Assembly: GCA_036505355.1 (NCBI GenBank)
Contig: DASXTP010000155.1
Coordinates: forward strand, 3,182-67,181
Source of the DNA: Candidatus Eiseniibacteriota bacterium
GTDB taxonomy: Bacteria; Eisenbacteria; RBG-16-71-46
Direction of reading: 5' to 3'
Length of the DNA stretch: 64,000 nt
This document shows, piece by piece, positions 48,912-55,332 of this stretch (positions are counted from its first letter, which is position 1; the number at the start of each line of letters is the position of its first letter). A program made the position numbers and the translations under genes. The notes under the pieces are model-generated. The model was not told the DNA's origin, made no database searches, and worked only from the letters and a program-made list of their open reading frames with translations.

Positions 48912-50765
48912 GTGCCTGCGCTATACCTGGTTGTGGTCTCGGCGTTGGTCGCCCTGATCGCGTATCGCACTTACGGGGCGTTCCTGGCCGCCAAGGTGGC
49001 GACCTTGGACGACTTGCGTCGCACGCCCGCCCACACGCTCGAGGACGGGCGGGACTACGTGCCCACCAACCGCTACGTGCTGTTCGGCCACCATTTCGCC
49101 GCGATCGCCGGCGCCGGCCCGCTGATCGGCCCGGTGTTGGCGGCCCAGTTCGGCTACCTGCCGGGCTTCTTGTGGCTGCTGGTCGGGTCGGTGGTGGCGG
49201 GTGGTGTGCACGATTTCGTCATCCTCACCGCCTCGGTGCGCAGTGGCGGACGCTCGCTCGCCAACATCGCCCGCGACCAGGTGAGCCCGCTCACCGGCTC
49301 GGCCACCGCGGTCGCCATCCTGTTCGTCATGGTGGTGGCGCTGGCGGCCATGGCGCTGGTGGTGGTCAACGCGCTCAAGGACAGCGCCTGGGGAGTGTTC
49401 AGCATCGCGCTCACCATCCCGATCGCCCTGGCGATGGGGTTCTGGTCCTACCGCATCCGGCCTGGCTCGATCCGCACCGTAACCGTGTTCGGCGTGGTGC
49501 TGCTGCTGGCGGCCGTCGCAGCCGGTGCCTGGGTGCAGGGCTCTCCGTTGCGCCCCTGGTTCCTCTACCCGCGTAACGGCATCGCGATCGGCATCATGGT
49601 CTACGGGTTCGTCGCCTCGGTGCTCCCGGTGTGGATGCTGCTCTGCCCCCGCGACTATTTGTCGAGCTTCATGAAGATCGGCGCCGTGGCGCTGCTCGCG
49701 GTCGGCGTCATCCTGGTGAACCCCCGGCTCCAGATGCCGGCGCTCACGCCCTTCGTCCATGGCGGCGGCCCGGTGTTTCCCGGCAGCTTGTTCCCCTTCG
49801 TGTTCATCACCATCGCCTGCGGGGCGATCTCGGGCTTTCATTCCCTCATCGCCTCGGGCACGACGCCCAAGATGATCGACCGCGAGCGCGACATCCTCCC
49901 GATCTCGTACGGGGCCATGGTGCTCGAGGGCTTCGTCGGCGTGGTGGCGCTGATTGCCGCCTGCGCCCTGTATCCGGCCGACTACTTCGCCATCAACGCG
50001 CGACCCGAGGTATTCGCCAAGCTCGGCCTGGCGGTGCAGAACCTTCACCAGCTCGAGGCCCAAGTCGGCGAGACGCTGGCCGGCCGTCCCGGCGGCGCGG
50101 TATCATTGGCCGTCGGCATGGCCCAGATCTTCTCGTCGCTGCCTTTCCTGCGCGGGCTGATGGCCTTCTGGTACCACTTCGCCATCATGTTCGAGGCGAT
50201 GTTCGTGCTCACCCTGATCGACACCGGCACGCGAGTCACCCGCTACATGCTGCAGGAAGTCGGAGGCATGGTGATCCCAGGACTCCGTGGCTGGCGCGGC
50301 CTCGCTCCGGCGCTGATGTTCAGCGCGTTCGCCACCGCCGCCTGGGGCTATTTCGTGTGGACCGGCACGGTCAGCACCATCTGGCCGATGCTCGGCGTGG
50401 CGAACCAGCTCCTCGCCGCGTTCGCGCTCGCCATCGGCACGTCGGTGCTGATCCACATGGGCCGGGCGCGGTACGTCTGGTGCACGCTCATCCCCCTTGC
50501 CTTCATGTGCGTGAACACGCTCACCGCGGGCTGGCTCAACCTGGGCGTCAACTACCTGCGACCGCAGCTCGTCGCCGGGGCCCCGTCGCTGTGGACGGCT
50601 TTCCTCCAGGCGCCGGTGACGGCCAAGATCCAAAGCGTGGTGACGTTGATCATCATGGCGTTGCTGGTGGTGGTGGTGGTCGACAGCCTCGTGCAATGGA
50701 GCCGGCCGGCTCGCCGGCGGTTGCCCGAGCGGGCCGACGCCGGCGAGATGCTCGCCGCTTCGTGA
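48912..50765 (+). CDS. cstA: Carbon starvation protein A (peptide/pyruvate transporter family)
   Basis: 617 aa polytopic protein with FGHHFAAIAGAGPLIGPVLAAQFGYLPG and ACGAISGFHSLIASGTTPKM motifs. GTG start with GGAGGAG upstream. Confidence 0.92.
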   Translation: MPALYLVVVSALVALIAYRTYGAFLAAKVATLDDLRRTPAHTLEDGRDYVPTNRYVLFGHHFAAIAGAGPLIGPVLAAQFGYLPGFLWLLVGSVVAGGVHDFVILTASVRSGGRSLANIARDQVSPLTGSATAVAILFVMVVALAAMALVVVNALKDSAWGVFSIALTIPIALAMGFWSYRIRPGSIRTVTVFGVVLLLAAVAAGAWVQGSPLRPWFLYPRNGIAIGIMVYGFVASVLPVWMLLCPRDYLSSFMKIGAVALLAVGVILVNPRLQMPALTPFVHGGGPVFPGSLFPFVFITIACGAISGFHSLIASGTTPKMIDRERDILPISYGAMVLEGFVGVVALIAACALYPADYFAINARPEVFAKLGLAVQNLHQLEAQVGETLAGRPGGAVSLAVGMAQIFSSLPFLRGLMAFWYHFAIMFEAMFVLTLIDTGTRVTRYMLQEVGGMVIPGLRGWRGLAPALMFSAFATAAWGYFVWTGTVSTIWPMLGVANQLLAAFALAIGTSVLIHMGRARYVWCTLIPLAFMCVNTLTAGWLNLGVNYLRPQLVAGAPSLWTAFLQAPVTAKIQSVVTLIIMALLVVVVVDSLVQWSRPARRRLPERADAGEMLAAS

Positions 50766-51355
50766 GACTTCGCACCGCCGCCGCCCTGGCTCTCGTGGCG
50801 GGGGTGGCATTCGCCGCCTGGCGCGGCAATCTCTACAGCGTGGCGCGCCCGGGCGACCGTCCCCGCCCGCTGGTCCTCGAGCGACCCGTCACCCGCCCGC
50901 CTGCCCGGTTCGACGTCGTGTTGCCCGCGGTGCCGGTCGGAATGGAGCGCCTCAAGGCGGGCGGGATGGTGCTCCTCGTCCATTACTGGGCGCCCTGGGA
51001 GCGCCATGCCCGCGAGCAGGCGTCGCGGCTCGACTCCCTACGCCGCCTGCCAGAGCTCGAGCCACTGCGCGCCGTCGTGGTTTGCTTCGATCCCTTCCCC
51101 TCGGTCGCTCGCTACGTCGCTCGACAGCGTCTGCGGCTGCCGGTGCTGCTCGACGGCCAAGCCGAGCTGCGTCGGGCTCTCCCCTGCCCGAGCCTGCCCT
51201 ACACCTACGTGCTCGACCGCTCGGGACGGATCGCGGTCGCCCAGGCAGGCGAGGTGGACTGGTGGCATGCCGGAACGCGTGGCGCGCTGCTTCGGTTGAT
51301 CGGGGAAACGGCCCGGGACCGGACGCCGGCTCCGGACCGATCCCGCACCTTGTAG
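50762..51355 (+). CDS. Membrane-anchored thioredoxin-fold (TlpA/ResA-like) protein lacking the CxxC motif
   Basis: The GTG overlaps the cstA stop (GTGA). N-terminal TM helix. LLVHYWAPWERHAREQ sits where family members have W-C-x-x-C. Confidence 0.55.
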   Translation: MRLRTAAALALVAGVAFAAWRGNLYSVARPGDRPRPLVLERPVTRPPARFDVVLPAVPVGMERLKAGGMVLLVHYWAPWERHAREQASRLDSLRRLPELEPLRAVVVCFDPFPSVARYVARQRLRLPVLLDGQAELRRALPCPSLPYTYVLDRSGRIAVAQAGEVDWWHAGTRGALLRLIGETARDRTPAPDRSRTL

Positions 51356-51584
51356 CCCTCCCGCTGAAGCCGCCAGGCTACGAGTACACATCGAACCAGT
51401 ATCCGATGGACCGCCGATTCGAGCTCGAAGACCACCGCTCGCGTGAGCCCGTAGGACACGAGATCCGAGCCTCGTGATCGGTCCGCTTGGCCCGGAAGTC
51501 ACGATTGAGGTCGATTGAAAGCCCATCCTTCCTTCCCCGCCCAACCAGTCTCAAACCTCTTGCCACCATTCGGCAGTATCTGAA

Positions 51585-51613
51585 TTGATATTGCTTGCTA
51601 TCGCAAGGATCAA
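51585..51613 (+). promoter_or_regulatory. AT-rich imperfect palindrome ~115 nt upstream of the sigma-54 element (candidate activator binding site)
   Basis: TTGATattgCTTGCtatcGCAAGgATCAA, with a perfect inner CTTGC-N4-GCAAG and outer TTGAT/ATCAA. Confidence 0.35.
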
Positions 51614-51713
51614 GATCGACAATCTTCGCCAGTTTTCCGAGACCCAAACGAAGCATGAGACGAGCGGGCTATGGGACCTTCCCTACTGAATGTAGATCTG
51701 GGTAGGTATCCTC

Positions 51714-51729
51714 TGGCATTTGCGTTGCA
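51714..51729 (+). promoter_or_regulatory. Sigma-54 (-24/-12) promoter
   Basis: TGGCATTTGCGTTGCA against the consensus TGGCAC-N5-TTGCA. The GG and GC dinucleotides are at exact spacing. It lies ~227 nt upstream of the first small ORF. Confidence 0.55.
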
Positions 51730-51955
51730 ATACTAGCGTGGCACGCGTCACCGGCGCCCCCATTGGTGCTGGAAGCGCGGACATACACGGAGAACTTGTG
51801 GCCGCTCTCGAGACGTTGAAGCAGCGATTCCGAGGGACGCAAGCCATGGTTTCCGTGGCGAGGTAGGTCACCGCCCTCGGAGAGGGCGGGCCTCTGGCGC
51901 CGCGTGCAGGGGCGATTGGGAATGGACTCGTGGAACCCTACGTAAGGAGGAGACC

Positions 51956-52105
51956 ATGGAGAAGCTGAACCTCGTTCTGGAGTCGCTCGAAGAGCGGATC
52001 GCCCCGGGCGGATTGGGCAACCCCGGCAACAACAACCCGCCCCGCAATAACACCAACAACCCGGGGAATGAGGGTACCGGCGGGCAGGTGTCGACCGGCA
52101 AGTGA
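51956..52105 (+). CDS. Precursor-like peptide 1 (49 aa): MEKLNLVLESLEERIAPGGLGNPGNNNPPRNNTNNPGNEGTGGQVSTGK
   Basis: Not in the ORF track (<60 aa). AAGGAGGAG lies 4 nt upstream of the ATG. It shares the leader motif with three paralogues. Confidence 0.7.
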   Translation: MEKLNLVLESLEERIAPGGLGNPGNNNPPRNNTNNPGNEGTGGQVSTGK

Positions 52106-52230
52106 CGGTCGATCGGGAACTCAGGACTCTCTCTTGAGTAGCTGAGGGAAGAAGGAGCCACGAATCGAAGCTGGGCAGCTCAAGGACCGGTCTGCCCCGC
52201 CCATCCAACAGAGGAAGGGAGCTTGAAGGG

Positions 52231-52377
52231 ATGAATCTCCAGATCGAAGTGTTGGAGGAGCGCATCGCCCCAAGCACGGTGGGGGCGCTGCACAACAACC
52301 CCAGCAACCCCAACAACAATAACGACCACAACGCCGTTCCCAAGGGTGCGATTCCTGAAGGGCCGGCAGGCAAGTAG
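52231..52377 (+). CDS. Precursor-like peptide 2 (48 aa): MNLQIEVLEERIAPSTVGALHNNPSNPNNNNDHNAVPKGAIPEGPAGK
   Basis: Not in the ORF track. A purine-rich GGAAGGGAG...GAAGGG stretch precedes the ATG. Leader motif LEERIAP. Confidence 0.65.
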   Translation: MNLQIEVLEERIAPSTVGALHNNPSNPNNNNDHNAVPKGAIPEGPAGK

Positions 52378-52416
52378 AAGCCGGGCCGCATCCGTGGCGA
52401 AGGAGGTAAGACGAGC

Positions 52417-52578
52417 ATGAGGGACATCATCCTGAAGATCGAAGAGCTGGAGCAGCGCATCGCTCCGGACAGCATTCACGGCGTCCCAGGAGAGAGCAAC
52501 GGCAACTCCGGGAACGAGGTTTCCAACGGATCCAAGCCCCAGCCGGGAAGCCACACCCGCGATTCCCACGGAAACTGA
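52417..52578 (+). CDS. Precursor-like peptide 3 (53 aa): MRDIILKIEELEQRIAPDSIHGVPGESNGNSGNEVSNGSKPQPGSHTRDSHGN
   Basis: Not in the ORF track. AAGGAGG lies 9 nt upstream. Leader motif EELEQRIAP. Confidence 0.7.
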   Translation: MRDIILKIEELEQRIAPDSIHGVPGESNGNSGNEVSNGSKPQPGSHTRDSHGN

Positions 52579-52593
52579 GGCCTGCCGGACGGG

Positions 52594-52620
52594 AAGGGCC
52601 ACCGGGCATCGGTGGCCCTT
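52594..52620 (+). terminator. Strong hairpin between the precursor genes and the processing gene (attenuator/terminator-like)
   Basis: AAGGGCCACCG-GGCAT-CGGTGGCCCTT, a perfect 11-bp stem, followed by only a short T run. Confidence 0.45.
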
Positions 52621-52649
52621 TCGCATCGGCGGCTCGTGAAGGGGCCTGA

Positions 52650-54875
52650 GTGTCGTCCATGCCACAACCGAAGTTCCGGGCCGACCTGATCGTCAGCCGG
52701 CAGGAAACCCCGGAGGGTCCGTACTTCGTGGTGAAGGACCCCCGGACCCGGCGCTTCTTCCGTCTCCGCGAGGCGGAGTACGCCATCGCCCGACGCCTCG
52801 ACGGCTCGTCGTCGCTGGAGGCGATTGCCGCGCAGGTCGCATCCGAGCTGGGAGCCGAGGTCAGCGCGGAAACCCTGGCTCCCTTCGTCGAACAGCTCCG
52901 GCGCGGGGACCTGCTCGAGAGCCCGAGCGACTCGAGGGTGGAAGCCGCGCGCCAGCCCTGGGCCCGTGGCAACCTGCTGTGGCTTCGATTTCGAGCGTTC
53001 GACCCCGATCCGCTGCTCGATTGGCTGGTGGGCAAGGTACGGTTCTGTTTCACCCCCGCGTTCGTCGTCGGGTCGGCGGCCCTGATCATTTGGGCGCTCG
53101 CCGTGGTGCTCAGCCAGCGCGCGGAGATCGGCGCCGACCTGGCGTCGTTGTGGAGCTTCCAGAGCCTGGCCCTGGCGTGGCTCACGGTGTTCGCCGTCAC
53201 GGCCCTGCACGAATTCGCCCACGGGCTCACGTGCAAGCGCTTCGGTGGTCACGTCCACGAGATGGGCTTCCTGCTCATCTATCTCCAGCCGGCGTTCTAC
53301 TGCAACATCAGCGACGCCTGGCTGTTCCCGGAGAAGTCGAGGCGCCTGTGGGTGACCTTCGCCGGCGGTTATTTCGAGCTCGTGCTGTGGGCGCTCGCGA
53401 CCCTGGTGTGGCGCATCGCCGAGCACGAGACCTGGCTTTCGGGCGTCGCGCTGGTCGTCATGGCGACATCGGGGATCAAGCTGTTCTTCAACCTCAATCC
53501 CTTGATCAAGCTCGACGGCTACTACCTGCTCAGCGACTGGCTGAACGTCCCGAACCTGCGCCAGCGCGCCTTCCAATACGTTGGCACCCAGCTCAAGCGG
53601 CTGCTGGGAGTTTCGGTGCTCGTCGCTCAGGAACCGACGCCACGCGAGCGGCGGGTCTTCCTGGGCTATGGGCTGGTGGCGGCGACCTTCTCCTATTGGC
53701 TGTTGAGCAGCGTGCTGGTCCAGTTCGCCGGCTATTTCACCGCGCGCTGGCAAGGATGGGGCGCCGCGCTCACGCTTGGGTTGATGGTCGGGGTGATGGG
53801 GAACGTGCGCGGAAAACCTCTCCTCCGCTGGCCGGCGGGCCTGTCCTGGAAGAGCCATCGTGTGCGGTTCCTGGGCTTCGTGGGCGCGATCCTGTTGCTG
53901 CTCTACCTGCTGCCGCTCGAGCTCAAGGTGGGAGGCGAGTTCGAGGTCGCACCGGCGCGCAACACCGACGTGCGCGCCCAAGTAGCCGGGATCATCGATG
54001 CCGTGTTCGTCGCCGAAGGCGACCGCGTGGCCGCCGGCGACACGCTCGCCCACCTCTCCGACCGGGACCGGAGAACCGAGCTGCGCATGGTGGACGCCGA
54101 GCTGGCGGAAAAGCGAGCGAAGCTCCAATTGCTCGAGGTCGGCCCCCGGGCGGAAGAGCTGGAGGTGGCCCGGCTCGACGTCCAGAAGGCCGAAGAGCGC
54201 CTGCGCTATGCGCGAGGCAACCTCGAGCGAAACCGGAAACTCGCGGCGATCGAGGCCGCGTCGCGCCAGGAGCTGGACCGGGCCGAGGAGGCGGTCGGCG
54301 TGCTGGCCAAGGAGCTCGAGGGCGAGCGCGCACGCCTCCGCATGCTGGTCGCGGGGAGCCGGCCCGAAGAAATTACCGCCATGCGTGAGGACATCGCCCA
54401 CACCGACGCCGAGCGGCGGCACGTCCAGGAACAGCTCGCGCGGACCTGGGTCCGGGCGCCGCACGGCGGCGTGGTGACGACGCCCAAGCTGCGGGAAAGG
54501 ATCGGCCAATACGTGCAGCCGGGCGACCTGATCGTCGAAGTGTACAAGCTCGACACCGTGACCGCCGAAATCGCCATTCCCGAGCAGGACATCGGCGAGG
54601 TGCGCGTCGGGCAGCGCGGAGCGGTCCGGCTTCGCGCCTACCCCGACCGGGCGTGGCAGGGACGCGTGACCGCCGTGGCGGCGGCGGCGGTGGAGCTCGA
54701 GAAGCAGCGCACTCGCATCGTCAAGACCAGGATCGAGCTGTCGAATCCCCTCGGGTTGATCAAGCCTTCGATGACCGGCTACGCCCGGATCTACTGCGGC
54801 AAGCGCCGCGCGCTGGAGGTGCTCACGCGGCCGTTCCGCCGTTACCTCCGGCTCGAGTTCTGGTCGTGGTGGTAG
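52650..54875 (+). CDS. Tripartite fusion: PqqD/RRE-like N-domain, site-2-protease (M50) membrane domain and HlyD-type membrane-fusion domain
   Basis: The N-terminus PKFRADLIVSRQETPEGPYFVVKDPRTRRFFRLREAEYAIARRLDGSSSLEAIAAQV...FVEQLRRGDLLE is PqqD-like. HEFAHG and NPLIKLDGYYLLSD are the M50 motifs. The C-terminus has a lipoyl-like barrel, a coiled-coil hairpin and a beta-barrel, as in HlyD/MFP proteins. Confidence 0.8.
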   Translation: MSSMPQPKFRADLIVSRQETPEGPYFVVKDPRTRRFFRLREAEYAIARRLDGSSSLEAIAAQVASELGAEVSAETLAPFVEQLRRGDLLESPSDSRVEAARQPWARGNLLWLRFRAFDPDPLLDWLVGKVRFCFTPAFVVGSAALIIWALAVVLSQRAEIGADLASLWSFQSLALAWLTVFAVTALHEFAHGLTCKRFGGHVHEMGFLLIYLQPAFYCNISDAWLFPEKSRRLWVTFAGGYFELVLWALATLVWRIAEHETWLSGVALVVMATSGIKLFFNLNPLIKLDGYYLLSDWLNVPNLRQRAFQYVGTQLKRLLGVSVLVAQEPTPRERRVFLGYGLVAATFSYWLLSSVLVQFAGYFTARWQGWGAALTLGLMVGVMGNVRGKPLLRWPAGLSWKSHRVRFLGFVGAILLLLYLLPLELKVGGEFEVAPARNTDVRAQVAGIIDAVFVAEGDRVAAGDTLAHLSDRDRRTELRMVDAELAEKRAKLQLLEVGPRAEELEVARLDVQKAEERLRYARGNLERNRKLAAIEAASRQELDRAEEAVGVLAKELEGERARLRMLVAGSRPEEITAMREDIAHTDAERRHVQEQLARTWVRAPHGGVVTTPKLRERIGQYVQPGDLIVEVYKLDTVTAEIAIPEQDIGEVRVGQRGAVRLRAYPDRAWQGRVTAVAAAAVELEKQRTRIVKTRIELSNPLGLIKPSMTGYARIYCGKRRALEVLTRPFRRYLRLEFWSWW

Positions 54876-54879
54876 AGCG

Positions 54880-54941
54880 GTGCGAGGCACGTGGCGAAAG
54901 GAACGAGGTTGGTCGGGCAACCGCTCGCCACGCCCTCGCAC
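54880..54941 (+). promoter_or_regulatory. Extended interrupted hairpin between the fusion gene and peptide 4
   Basis: GTGCGAGG..CGTGGCGA pairs with TCGCCACG.CCTCGCAC, giving two 8-bp helices around a ~27-nt loop. Confidence 0.35.
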
Positions 54942-54998
54942 CCTCGGAAGCACACCGATGGTGATGAAGCAATCTCAGGCGAAAGGAGGTGACCCGAC

Positions 54999-55151
54999 AT
55001 GAAGGAACTCACGCTCCAGCTCGAAGAGCTCGAGGCGCGCATCGCTCCCAGCGTCCACGGCACGGGGGGCTACGACGGACAGCCGGGCAATCAATGCAAC
55101 AGCCATGGCAACCCGTCCGGCAGCGCCAATCCGGAGAACTCGAATTCCTAA
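54999..55151 (+). CDS. Precursor-like peptide 4 (50 aa): MKELTLQLEELEARIAPSVHGTGGYDGQPGNQCNSHGNPSGSANPENSNS
   Basis: Not in the ORF track. AAGGAGGTGA lies 6 nt upstream. Leader motif EELEARIAP. Confidence 0.7.
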   Translation: MKELTLQLEELEARIAPSVHGTGGYDGQPGNQCNSHGNPSGSANPENSNS

Positions 55152-55332
55152 GTTGCCTTTCTCGATTCTGCGTCACACGACGACCAGCGGGGGCGCGCGA
55201 CGGACCAGGACCCGCAAGCGGGACCCGGTGCCCGGGCCATTTATGGGACCCCGCGACGGAGCGCGGCTCCCGCGGGTCGTCGTGCTACGCTGACGCCGTT
55301 CGACCGGCTGCCGGACCTTTGGATACGAGCTT

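Noticed and set aside
51378-51656. 92 aa minus-strand ORF ending ..GYWFDVYS (a possible beta-barrel tail)
   Set aside because: It is too short, has no signal peptide or partner sequence, and overlaps the AT-rich putative regulatory region and palindrome. It could be a gene remnant but is not supportable.
51737-51752. Second TGGCAC (TGGCACGCGTCACCGG) just downstream of the called sigma-54 site
   Set aside because: It has no TTGC-like -12 element at the required spacing.
52476-54953. 825 aa minus-strand ORF across the peptide locus
   Set aside because: It is antisense to the M50-HlyD fusion, which has intact HExxH/LDG and MFP patterns. The antisense translation has no motifs.
54955-54999. 14-codon ORF (MVMKQSQAKGGDPT) whose stop overlaps the ATG of peptide 4
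   Set aside because: It contains the Shine-Dalgarno site of peptide 4 within it and lacks its own. It is probably fortuitous, though an upstream-ORF role cannot be excluded.
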